Position numbers and translations under genes: made by a program. From Octopus vulgaris (Eukaryota), in contig OX597824.1 in the NCBI GenBank assembly GCA_951406725.2, positions 55,118,001-55,182,000 of the forward strand: 64,000 bases of DNA, in the 5' to 3' direction. Under the pieces are notes generated by a model, which did no database searches, was not told the DNA's origin, and was given only the letters and a program-made list of their open reading frames with translations. This document shows, piece by piece, positions 13,474-25,295 of this stretch (position 1 is its first letter; every line of letters begins with the position of its first letter).

Positions 13474-14802
13474 GGATCTTTTAACTTTGACAGGCAGATT
13501 TTTAAAATAATTTCTTTGTAACACACTACAGTATATGAAGTTAAAAAGTGTTTTTTAACTTCATTTACTGTAGTGTGTTACATAAAACATTTTTTTCTCT
13601 TGGCTTTCTTGAGAAAATTCTGTAGTTTGTAAGCTATTTGTTGTTTAATTTCTTGCATTTCAGCAATTTCAACCAATCAATGACGTCTATTGAGGTGAAT
13701 ACAATTTCTGCCGTAGTTTGTCAACAACATTTTCTGGCGGTGTCATATCAATGTGTCACTGTTATTTATGACATATTTCATATCAGTTATGTTTGTATGA
13801 ATAAAAGATTATCGTTATTAAACTTTTATTAATAAACACATATTCTAAGTTCACAACATATGCAGTTTTAATTTCCCTCTCTGTTGCACAGATACACACA
13901 TTACATATTATATATTCGTTTAAGAAACAGATTGGGTTTATTTACATTTCTGAAGAAAAAAAGATACCCTTCCCCCATCCCTAACCCTAATCTTAACCCT
14001 AACCCAAACCCTAACCCTAAAACAGATTGAAATGCAATAGATCGATAATAGGGTCATAATTATGGGTGGACACGAAAGAGGGAACGGTTTTGTTATCCAG
14101 CTCTGTTTACGAATGACCCCCTCAGTTTATGGCCACAGGGTATCTTTTTTGTCATTAATAACAGTGACACATTGATATGACACCACCAGAAAATGTTGTT
14201 GACAAACTACGGCAGAAATTGTATATACCAGAAATTGTATAAACCAGAAATTGGTTTATTTACATTTTTGACGAAAAAAAGATACCCTTCCCCCCACCTC
14301 TAACCCTAATCCTAACTAACTCTAACTAACCCTAAATCTAAAATAGATTGAAATGCAATAGATCGATACTAGGGTCATAATTATGGGTGACAATTTCATA
14401 TGACACTGCTTACCCATAATTATGACCCTAGTATCGATCTATTGCATTTCAATCTATTTTAGATTTAGGGTTAGTTAGGGTCAGGGTCAGGGCTAGGGGT
14501 GGGGGGGGGGGGAAGGGAATCTTTTTTTCTTCACAAATGTAAATAAACCCAATGTGTTTCTTAAACGAGGGACATATTCATATGGCACAGAATGCTTTTT
14601 AACTCAATAGATGCCAGTGATTGGTTGAAATTGCAGAAATTGAAGAAATTAAAGACCAAATATCTTACAAACTATAGAATTTTCTCAATAAAGCCAAGAG
14701 AAAAAGATGTTTTTTAAACACATTCTACCAGTATACAAAGTTTAAAATTTTTTAGTTACCTAGAAATTATGTAAAAAACTGCCGTTCAAACCAAAATCAT
14801 CT
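13474..14802. mobile_element. Foldback/MITE-like element with long imperfect terminal inverted repeats and internal telomere-like (CCCTAA)n modules
   Basis: 13474-13705 is inverted relative to 14600-14802, and 13708-13768 is inverted at 14157-14224. A ~150-bp CCCTAA-containing module occurs at 13930 and 14250 (+) and at 14412-14555 (-). Confidence 0.7.
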
Positions 14803-14879
14803 AAAATTTCTGTTAATTTTATTGTGAACTGTGATTTTTACGAACATATTTTCTAGAAATTTTCTTGTCATTTGTGACA

Positions 14880-15440
14880 AGTGTGAAGCAATGGAGACCC
14901 AACCAGCCATCAGCTACGTTGCAGCAACAATAAGGGGTTTGAATAACGACGTTTTGCAAGTGAAAGAAGTGAAGTTCGAGGAAAAGAGATTGAAAAAGTT
15001 TAATGAACTCATAGTTAAAGAAGGAAATAGCCTGAGACAGAAAGAAGTAATAGAGGAAGCAACTAAAAAAAACTGTTATATAGAACACTGTCAAACTCAA
15101 GTAAAAGGGTGGAAATAGCGACTGTTGAGGCTTTGGAAGAATGTCTTAAGGACATTAAACACCTGACGACATTCTACACCTGAGGCAAGAAGTATGGAAC
15201 AGTGGAGGTACTGTTTGTGATTGAACAGGATGCAATAAAGTGCTTCACAGTGCCATTGAGTTTGGAAGAGTGGGCACTACAGCCAACCTACTGTGACAGA
15301 CGTGCAGCCAGAGTTAGAATTGGCAGAGTGTCCCCAGAAACGATGAAGCATGGCTGGTGGCAGCCATCCTCTTCAACACGGAAGAGGAAACCAATGTGCT
15401 GAAGGTCACGGGGACAACAGAGGTAAATTGGTTTGGATAC
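14880..15440 (+). mobile_element. Decayed ORF1 paralogue of the element at 237-1890
   Basis: ALQPTYCDRRAARVRIGRVSPE...AAILFNTEEETNVLKV aligns by eye with FLLPSYLGRRTTRIRVEGISPD...TAIISANEDKVDILHA. Confidence 0.6.
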
Positions 15441-15442
15441 GG

Positions 15443-15620
15443 CCTCAAGTGGACTATTGTCGACAGGGTGCTACCATATTCGCCCAGTGCCCATAATTGC
15501 CAGCTCTGTCATCTCAAAAGACTGCACATCTTCTACCCACCTGTAGTTTCCATCAACTGGAAATACAATCTGTCCTATTGTTTGTCACCAGACGTATACC
15601 CTTCTGGTGAACTTCAAGTC
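15443..15620 (+). mobile_element. Penelope-like element, GIY-YIG endonuclease C-terminal fragment
   Basis: LKWTIVDRVLPYSPSAHNCQLCHLKRLHI fits the KW.I..R..PY......C.LC..EK..I pattern of Penelope endonuclease C-termini. Confidence 0.6.
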
Positions 15621-15839
15621 ACTGGCCACTGACAACTTGGTATACCACCTTAGTACCACCTGTACTGGCAGCACCAAGGTCACCATCATCAATCCCATGA
15701 GCAGGGCCAGCAACTACCAATCCCCAGTGCATGTGTATGCCTGCCTATCTACACTCGTATATGCTCACCCACACCAGTATATATGTACATATATGCACAC
15801 ATGTATAGACACATGAGCACATGCTTATGTACGTACATG

Positions 15840-17665
15840 CATCATCATCATCGTTTAATGTCTGTTTTTCATGCTAGCATGGGTTCGACAGTTCGACCAG
15901 GGTCTGGAAAGCCAGGAGGCTGCACCAGGTTGCAGTCTGATTTGACAGTGTTTCTACAGCTGGATGCCCTTCCTAACGCCAACCACTCCCTGGGTATAGT
16001 GGGTGCTTTTTACGTTTCACTGGCACAGGGGCCAGAGGAGACTGGCAATGGCCACAATTGGTTGGTGCTTTTTACATGCTAATGGCACAGAAGCCAGTCA
16101 AGGTGGCACTGGCATCGGCCATGTTCGAATGGTGTTTTTTACATGTCACTGGCACGGGTATCACAACTACAATTTCCATTGATGTTGATGTTGATGTACT
16201 TGACTCAATAGGTTTCCTCAAGCTGGTCATCCTACAATCCAAGGTACTTTGAATGGTCTGGGGCTGGTTATGTGAAGCTGGTGTAGGATATGCCATGGAC
16301 ACACTTTATTTGTTGGGTCCTTGCAGTCACAGCATATCTCCAGAGGTCTCGGGCTTTTGTCATTGCCTCTATGAGGTCTAACATTTGAAGGTCATGCTTG
16401 ACCACCTCATCCCATGTCTTCCTGGGTCTACCTCTACCCTGGATTCCTTCAACTGTTAGGGAGTAGCACTTCTTCACACATCTCTCCTTATCCATCCATA
16501 GTACAGGACCATACCATCGCAAACATCTCTCTTGCATGTCACATCCAATGCTTCTTATGTCCAACATTTCTCTCAGGGCACTTACACTCTGTCATGTGTG
16601 CACACTGACATTACACATCCAGTGGATCATGCTAGCTTCACTTCTTTCGAGTCTATGCATGTCCTCCGCAGTCACGGTCCATGTTTCACTGCCATGAAGC
16701 ATGGCAGTTCACACACATGCATCATACAATCTACGTGTCACTCTGAGTGAGTGACCTTTTGTCACCAGTAGGAGTAGGAGCTTTCTAAACTTTGCCCAGG
16801 CAATTCTTATTCTAGTGGTAACACCCTCTGAGCATCCACCTCCACTACTAACTTGGTCACCTAGATAGCGGAAGCTATCAACTACTTCTAGTTTCTCCCC
16901 CTGGTGTGTAATGGAATCTGTTTTCTGAGTATCTGCCGCACATGAAAGCTATCTTCTTGGTTAATTTTCCTTTGATGTTGCTGCACCTCTTATGTGTCCA
17001 TAGCGTACACTGGGTACATCTTATAGGTTTCTACCTACACCTTTTCTACAGATCGAGCAGGGCCATCTACCTGAGGGGGTGTGTGATGACTTCGTCTTCC
17101 TACTTACTAGAACTTTGGTCTTTGCTACATTGACTCTAAGGCCTTTTGATTCTAAACCTTGCTTCCGGTAGTGATTCTGCTATGAGGGCCAGGTCATCAG
17201 CATAGAGGAACTCCCGGGGGCAACCCATCTTGAATGCCTGTTATTGCCTGGAGGACTATGATGAATAAAAGGTGACTGAGGGCTGAACCTTGGTGGACGC
17301 CTACTTCTACCCGGAATTCTTCACTATACTCATTGCCAATCCTAACCTTACTAATGGCCTCTCTGTATAGGGCCTGTACAGCCCTTATTAACCATTCATC
17401 AATCTCCAGTTTCCGCATCGCCCACCAAATAAGGGATCGAGTACCCTGTCAAAGGCTTTCTCCAAGTCCCCAAAAGAGGGGTTTATCTTTAGCTAGGTAT
17501 TTCTCCTGCTGTTGTCGAACCATGAATATGGCATCAGTGGTGCTTCTACCCGGCACAAAAGTGAATTGCATCTCATCTAAGTAGTCTCTCTCCCTAATGA
17601 GATGGGTTATGACCCCCTCCGTGACCTTCATCACCTGATCCAACAGTTTGATACCCCTGTAGTTA
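15840..17665 (-). mobile_element. RTE LINE, 5'-truncated and degenerate
   Basis: NYRGIKLLDQVMKVTE, VGVHQGS, LYADDL, GRGRPRKTW and the 3' tail, all homologous to 26940-29460. Confidence 0.9.
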
Positions 17666-18380
17666 TATGTATGTGTGTAGTTATATATGTATACACACAC
17701 ATATACACACATGCATGCATATATAGCAGAGCTACATATTACATATTACTTTCTTTGTATGTAAGCTTACATGTTTTTGTATCATACTACATGCTTCCAC
17801 CACAAAAAGTGAACACAGAATAAACAATAGATTTATGCACAAAAATGTCTTATGGTGATTCATACTAACTGTTTTTCCATTTAGTAACAAGCACTTGAAC
17901 AGCCAATAACAGTTGCTATACATGCAAATACATACAGAGAAATTTATGTATGCGCTTGCACATCCACACACACATGTATACATACATACATACATACATA
18001 CATACACACAGTACCAACCACAGTACATTTCCTGTTTACCACGTGGCCTTTTTCTGAAGGAATTATTAAAACTATGATACCATATGACCTTCCTTGATCA
18101 ATTGCAGCCCATCTACTAGTAGTCATCTTCGATTTCCTGCACCTCTATTTTTATTTGAATCTCCACTGGTCTGATGATAAGTCACCTCAGGAGCTTTGAA
18201 ACTCTCAGTAGCATGGTATTTGAATCAAACTGTTCTGATCCAAATGCACCCCCACCCCCCACATATATATGTATATAGCAATGAATTTACACACGTCCCA
18301 TTGGTGATTTCTTTTCCTTCTTTGGACTTTTCCCTTTCACATGTTATCTTGTCTCTGAATTATAAGTTAGTTGTTTAGGC

Positions 18381-18491
18381 CGGTTACTGACGAGGATTCG
18401 CCTGGTAGATAATATGGTCTTGCTAAATTATCTATTAAAAGATGGTAAGCGATATTATTTGCTAAAGAAATCTGAAGCCATGGTATAACCG
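18381..18491 (+). ncRNA. Minimal type I hammerhead ribozyme-like motif (GAAA changed to GAAG)
   Basis: Stem I CGGTTA/TAACCG. Core CTGACGA at 18387-18393. Stem II GGATT/AATCT with a long insert. GAAG, palindromic CCATGG stem III and GTA triplet. Confidence 0.6.
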
Positions 18492-18710
18492 TTATATGGT
18501 TTATATTTTTTCATTTACTTCAAAATTTGCTATAAAATTGTGGTTTTTGGCTGTGTTGGCTGCTATTTCTAGCATGTAAAACTACCTGTTAAAGGGTAAT
18601 TTTCTATTTTGAAATACGAATATGTTGTCCATTGACTTTTTATACATGCTAGGCCACTGGTGGTGATGTTTATAACGAGTATTTGCCACCCTATATATAT
18701 ATATATATAT

Positions 18711-18877
18711 CATCATCATCATCGTTTAACGTCCGTTCTCCATGCTAGCATGGGTTGGACGGTTCGACCGGGGATCTGGGAAGCCAGAAGGCTGCACCAG
18801 GCTCCAGTCTTATCTAGCAATGTTTCTACAGCTGGATGCCCTTCCTAACGCCAACCACTCCGTGAGTGTAGTGGGTG

Positions 18878-18880
<3 letters not shown>
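18711..18880 (-). mobile_element. RTE 3' tail fragment inside a (TA)n tract
   Basis: Matches the RTE terminal ~170 bp and has TA repeats on both sides. Confidence 0.85.
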
Positions 18881-18938
<58 letters not shown>

Positions 18939-19182
18939 TAGATAGATAAATAGATAGATAGAAACATAGATCAACTGATAGATAGATGTGTGTGTGTGTA
19001 AGTATGTATATATGCATATGTGCTTATATATTTAAATATGTTTCTATGTGTACATGTGTATTCATATTCATATATAAGTACATAAGTATGAATATATTCA
19101 TTTGTATATAAGTGTGTGTATATATACATACATACATGTGTATGTATGTATATGATGATATGTATATATCACATATATATTA

Positions 19183-19460
19183 TCATCATTTAATGTCCAT
19201 TGTCCATGCTTGCATGAGTTGGACTGTTCGACCAGGGCTGGCAAGTTGGAAGAGTGCACCAGACTCCAGTTTGATTTGGCATGGTTTCTATGACTGGATG
19301 CCCTTCCTAATGCCAACTACTCCAAGAGTGCAATGGGTGATTTTGCATGCCATTGGCACAAATACCATTTGCATGATACCACTATCTGTCACAATTACAA
19401 TTTCACTTGGCTTGATGGGTCTTTTTCTCAAGCACAGTATATTGCTAAAGGTCTTGGTTA
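19183..19460 (-). mobile_element. Diverged RTE 3' end
   Basis: GTCCATGCTTGCATG...GGATGCCCTTCCTAATGCCAAC is homologous to the other RTE tails. Confidence 0.75.
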
Positions 19461-19862
19461 TTTGTATACATATGTATACACATATATATAAACACTTTCC
19501 TGTCTGCTCCTTCACATCTCCCCTGTCACCCCCTTTGGGTCTCTTCCCTCCCACAGCTTACTTCCCCCCTCATCTACCCAACTTCTCACTCCCCTCTGTG
19601 CTTTCTCCCATCACACCCCTGCCCTTTCCATATCTACACTCAAAAACTGACTGCACTCACCACCACAACCATACACCACTAGTAAGATGCCAAGAAATTG
19701 GAAGTCTACAGAGATAGGAATGTTCTTATATGCCTGTGAAATTGCAGAAGGTGATTCACCAAATAATTTGATTACAGCTGCCCTGAAGAACAATGGTTTC
19801 TCCAGATCTGTGGCACAAATAGAGCGGAAGAAGAATGAGTTCATCTGATCTTATGCGCTCAT

Positions 19863-22618
19863 ATGGCCACACCTGGAGAAACTGGCAGTGTCATTTTTTT
19901 GCCACTTTTGAAAATGATATCCAGTTTCTCCAAGTGTAGCTATATAAGCACACCTGATACCTCAAATCATGATGGAAAATTTGAGGAAAGCCTCAGTGCG
20001 ATAAAGAAAGTACTTACTCAATTGGATCAACGTACTACTATATTCTTGATGGGTGACCTCAACTTTCTCATCATCAGGTGGCCTGATGGCAATATAACCC
20101 CAGGAATGACGCACAATGAGCAAAATCAAGCAGAAGTTCTACTTGATCTTATGAAAATGCTATTCATGGAGCAGATCATACTCTCTTCAACCAGGCACAA
20201 AAATATCCTGGACTTCTGTTTCACTAACAATGTGGAAATTATCCACAATGTAAATATATCACCAACAATATTCTCAGACCATTACATGATAGAACTGACA
20301 ATGTATGACCCTGAATTAACTAAAGATAAACTCCACACAGATGGTGCTCAAACCCTATCTAGCCTAAATTTCTATAAGGCTGATTGGAAGTCACTTGAAA
20401 CACTGATACTTCAGCAGGACTGGTGTAAAAGCCCCTCTATGCAAAACATAGATATGAAACTCAATAAATTCATGTCAACAATGGGAGCCCTATGCATTAA
20501 ATATATCCCAGAGAAGAGAACCAATACACACAAAAACATCATTCCGCGAGACAGGAGAATACTCATGTGGCAGAGAATAAAGATCTCGAATTGTTTAAAC
20601 AAACACCTCAATGACAGTGTAAAATTCCACCTGACAGAGTAACTCTTCAAGATTAAAAATAAACCGAAAATCTCCCATGAAAAAGAAAGAGAAACCTGGG
20701 CAGTCGAAAAAATAAAAATAAACCTTAAAGCCTTCTACATGTTGGCAAAGGAGTCTGCCTCAGTATGCTATAAGATAGGGCCACTATTTGGTAAAATCGG
20801 CTCACTAACTGCAGACCAGAGGAAGATAAGTGAAGCACTAAATAAACATTTCCAAAGTGTTTTCACTTCTCCACCAGAAAATATGCAAATAAACAAGCCC
20901 GAAGAGTTTTGCAATGTAATGAATCTATTCAGAAAAGAGGCAACTATCAATTACATCAACATAACAGAAGATGATGTAATATTGGCCATTGATGAGATGA
21001 GATTAAACTCAGCAAGAGGCCCAGATGGATGCCTAGCTGTTCTCTTAAAGACATGTAGAAAGGCTCTTGCAAAGCCACTACAGATACTCTTTCAGAGTTT
21101 CCTTGCATGTGGTAGACTTCCCAACATGCTAAAAGAGGGTATAATATGCCCTGTCCATAAAGGAGGGAGCAGAGCAGAAGCTAAAAACTACAGGCCCATC
21201 TCTCTGGCCTCACATATTAGCAAGGCAATGGAATGCATTGTCAGAAAAAGGCCGATCATGTTCCTAGAAGAAAACATCGTTCTCACAGACACACAACATG
21301 GCTTCCATCCAGAGAGGAGCTGCCTCACACAGTTACTGCAGCACTTTGACTGGGTACTGAAGCAACAGCTAAACCAGTCAGCTGTAGACGGGATATACCT
21401 CGACTTTGCCAAGGCCTCCGACAAGGTTGATCATGGCATGATTTGTCATAAATTGCAAAACTTTGGTATTACTAGGAAACTGGGAGAGTGGCTGCATGAT
21501 TTTCTGAAGGGCAGGCATCAGACAGTTGTAGCCAGTTGTGTTCACTCTGAAAAGGTACCAATTCTCAGTGTAGTCCCACAGAGACACAAAAAGTAGTGGC
21601 CCTCTTAGACATGCCCTCCATGGTATAGTCAGCCAACCTGACCAGTTATGCTGACAACAAAAATTAATCGCAGGCAGTTAGGAACCCAGACAATATCATA
21701 AAATTGCAGAAATGCTTGAATGAAACCTGCAAATAGGCTAACAAAAATAACATGCAGTTTAATGTTATAAAATTTCAGGCACTCCACTATCGGTCCAACA
21801 CCAGGCTAAAATCGGAATACACTGGACCAGAAGGTAATATGATTCCAGAGTCAGAGTCGGTGCATGACCTGGGGGTTCACATGAGCAATGATGCAACATT
21901 CCATGTGCATATTAACAAGATGGTAAGACTGTACAGGCAAGTGGCTGGCTGGATTCTGATAACATTCAGAACCAGGTAGAGGGGAGCCCTACTACTCCTA
22001 TGGAAGACTTACCTTTTTAGCCGCTTAGACTACTGCTCCCAACTATGGTCCTCAGAGAGTGTGAAACAAACTGTGGAACTCGAAGCAATCCTGTGCCAAT
22101 ACACAAAGAAGATAGACTTGATGCAAAAGATGAGCTGCTGGGAGAGGCTAAAGGAGCTGAGTCTCTATTCCCTGGAAAGAAGATGAGAAAGATATGTGGT
22201 AATATATATTTGGAAGATCTTGGAGGGTTTAGCTCCCAGTTTTGGAATTGACAGCTATACCAATCCTTGAACTGGACGGCACTGCATCATACCAAAGATC
22301 CTGTTTTCCTCATCTAAAGTAAGGACACAGTACTGCAATAGTCTGGGTTTGAAGGGCCTGCAATTGTTCAACATCGTGCCGGGCAACCTTAGAGATGTAC
22401 CTGCTGTTGATGTGGAAGTTTTCAAGCAATGTCTGGACAGGTTTCTGTCTGAGATACCAGATGAACCCACACCACGACAGAAGATTCAAAGAAGAGCAGC
22501 TCCGTACAACTCGCTACTTCACCAAAAACAATATCGGAAACAACACCAAATAACTACAGGTGGTGCACTAGCATGACCTCATCCCTGGGTTGAAACCAGT
22601 AAGAGGTAAAAGATAAAG

Positions 22619-22620
<2 letters not shown>
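19863..22620 (+). mobile_element. CR1-group LINE ORF2 (APE + RT), degenerate, with 3' tail
   Basis: APE motifs MGDLNF, NILDFCFTN and SDHYMI. RT motifs GPDG, NYRPISL, QHGF, YLDFAKA.DKVDH and YAD. The tail ends GGTGGTGCACTAGCATG...GAAACCAGTAAGAGGTAAAAGATAAAGA. Confidence 0.9.
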
Positions 22621-22658
<38 letters not shown>

Positions 22659-23690
22659 ATACTAGCTTAAGGTGACCTGCTCTACACGCAGGTGAGGGTG
22701 TGGTTGTTACTTTCTGTTTCTTATCACTACATTCTCCCTATTTGTTTCTCTCTCTTTTCTCTCTCACTTTCCCATTCTCTTACTTTTCCTTTCTCTCGGA
22801 CTCTCCTCGACTTTCTCTTACTCTCTATCTTTCTCTATCTATCTCTCTCCCATTTATAAAAAAACAAAAGATCTTGAGTAAGTTGAGACAGAAAATATTT
22901 TGAAAGATCAATCATAAATATCAGGCAGTGACAATGGAAAGCACACTTGCCTTTTGTATGTGCCACTATTTGAGCAATTAAAAATAAAGAAAAAAGGATT
23001 TCTTTGTTAAATTTAGTACTTATTTTGGGAATTTTTTGATGATTGACCATACAAATGAAAGCTCTAAACACGGGCTACATGCAGCTGTAAATTTTTTTCA
23101 GAAAAAAGGAAAAATGTAAACAATAAAAAAATAAAATGAGAAATTTTTTCAATTTCAAAAATCTTGTCATAATTTTCAAAATTTCGAAACCCATTTTCCA
23201 CGCTTAAATTACAGATCCACTTCCACTTTACCATGTTGAAAATTTGATTGAAATCGGGCAAGGGTGTCTAATCTAGACCCCCAAGTGTCCCCAAAAATCA
23301 ATAAAATCCCCGTTTTCACAGCAAAGCAACCACTGTAATGCCCCAAAACGTCTCCAAATCAATTTTTCACCTTGAGTTACCCACTCCTGTAAATTTTAAC
23401 CCCCTTCCAGCTCCATTTAGACCCCTTTTTACATAAAAATCCAATTTGTATCAACATTCGTCTTCTTCATTTTATAGATTAGACAGATATACCCAGCCTT
23501 GCTCGGGATTAAAATAGTTTATTATTGTTTCACTTGTTTCGGTATTATAACACGATTTCATTCGGGTCTACGCGGGTCACATTTTAAAAGATGAATAATT
23601 TTGCCCTAGAGGCCATGCCTTTCAATTGAGCAAACTCACTAGCACTTTTAACATAGATGTGCATATTTTCAGCTCAGTCTGACCACATAT
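22659..23690 (+). mobile_element. Non-autonomous Helitron-like repeat(s)
   Basis: Begins ATACTAGC with a subterminal hairpin ACCTGC...GCAGGT, has a CT-rich interior and ends TATAGATTAGACAGAT. A second similar start (ACCCAGCCTTGCTCGGGAT) is at ~23490. Pattern-based call. Confidence 0.4.
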
Positions 23691-23694
23691 ACAC

Positions 23695-23759
<65 letters not shown>

Positions 23760-23867
23760 GCATTAAATATGTACATATATACGCATTATATATACATGTC
23801 TACACACACACACATATATATAAATATATACACTTTATATATATATACGCACATATATATATATATA

Positions 23868-24788
23868 TGTTGTTATATTTTGGAATGGTCATTTTGCCAG
23901 TTTAACCAATAAAAACACACGCACTATATATTTGGTGTTACTTTGCTTCAGCGTTATTTATTTTTTACATTAATCTTAATCTTATTTCAGCCAGAGTTCT
24001 TTTGTCACACTCCTGTGACTGCATCAGTGGTCCTTTGCTTTCTTCTTTCTTATTTGTGTGTCTCTTCTTAATAACCGTCAGCCATTTTGTATTTCTATTG
24101 TATGTGTCTTCATTTGCGCATACGTATATCTCTATGTGCGTCTATGTTTAGTTAGTGTGTGTGTGTGTGGGGGGGTGAAATGCCTGTAATATTTGTATTT
24201 CCTGTTTATATACATTCATGTAATTTGTTTTTGTTTTTGTTTTTGTTTATTCTTATTTTGTTCATGTGTTTATACTCGCTTATTATTATTATTATTATTC
24301 ATGCAAATTTGTCTGATCTCTAGTGGTTAAGCTGTTTATTATTATTATTATTATTATTATTAGTATTAGTATTATCCCTTTGATCCCTGGTCGTCAATCT
24401 GTTTATTATTATTTTCAGCCTCGCCTTGTATTGCATATTATGTATAATTCATTAGTTATCGTTGACCTAAATATAGAATAGATATTTAAGTTTTTCCATA
24501 CAGGGGTCTCAATGGCGGCCGATTTTTCGCGGGGTGCCACTATTCCCTTTCTCTCTCTCCCTCTTTACGTTGTCTGTCCTCCCCCTCTTCCTTTTCCCTC
24601 CCATTGCTAAGCATTCTTAAGCTAGCCCGTAAAGTAACCTGCCTCATTCTTGATTTCAAATTCCTTCTGCCGAGTCAGTCCGAAAACGAAATGTTTCCAA
24701 GATAAGAAAATCTTTTTTAACCTAATTCATCCTGTATTTACCAGTAATATTCTCATGCAAATTTGTTTGATCTCTAGTGGTTAAGCTG

Positions 24789-24819
<31 letters not shown>

Positions 24820-25270
24820 GTATTAGTATTATCCCTTTGATCCCTGGTCGTCAATCTGTTTATTATTATTTTCAGCCTCGCCTCGTATTGCATATTATGT
24901 ATAATTCATTAGTTATCGTTGACCATCGATTCGGCCTCGCGTCTCGCTAAATATAGAATAGATATTTAAGTTTTTCCATACAGGGGTCTCAATGGCGGCC
25001 GATTTTTCGTGGGGCTCGCCCGCCCTCCCACCCCCTCCACCATTACAGGAAGCCAAAAATTTTCTCATCGCTGTCTCTGATGTACACTTTAAGTTTTATG
25101 CTGCCCCCCACCGCTACAGGAAGTCCAAAATTTTCTCATCCTTATTGTCTCCCATGTACATGTCTGTCTCCCATGTACACTTCGCATCCCTGTTGTCTAC
25201 GCCACTTTCTCCTCCTTCCATAAATGGTAGTGGTCATTCATTGCAAGATATATTGGTGACGTACGCGGTT
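23868..25270 (-). mobile_element. Penelope-like non-coding repeat with a degenerate hammerhead motif and an internal direct duplication
   Basis: HHR-like fold at 23991-24030 (-). 24300-24529 is repeated at 24754-25009. The left end matches 41205-41270. Confidence 0.5.
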
Positions 25271-25295
25271 TGAACTTAGGTTTAATTGTCTGTTT

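Noticed and set aside
13979-14022. Telomere or chromosome-fusion site
   Set aside because: The CCCTAA runs are short and degenerate and recur as a module of a palindromic repeat element.
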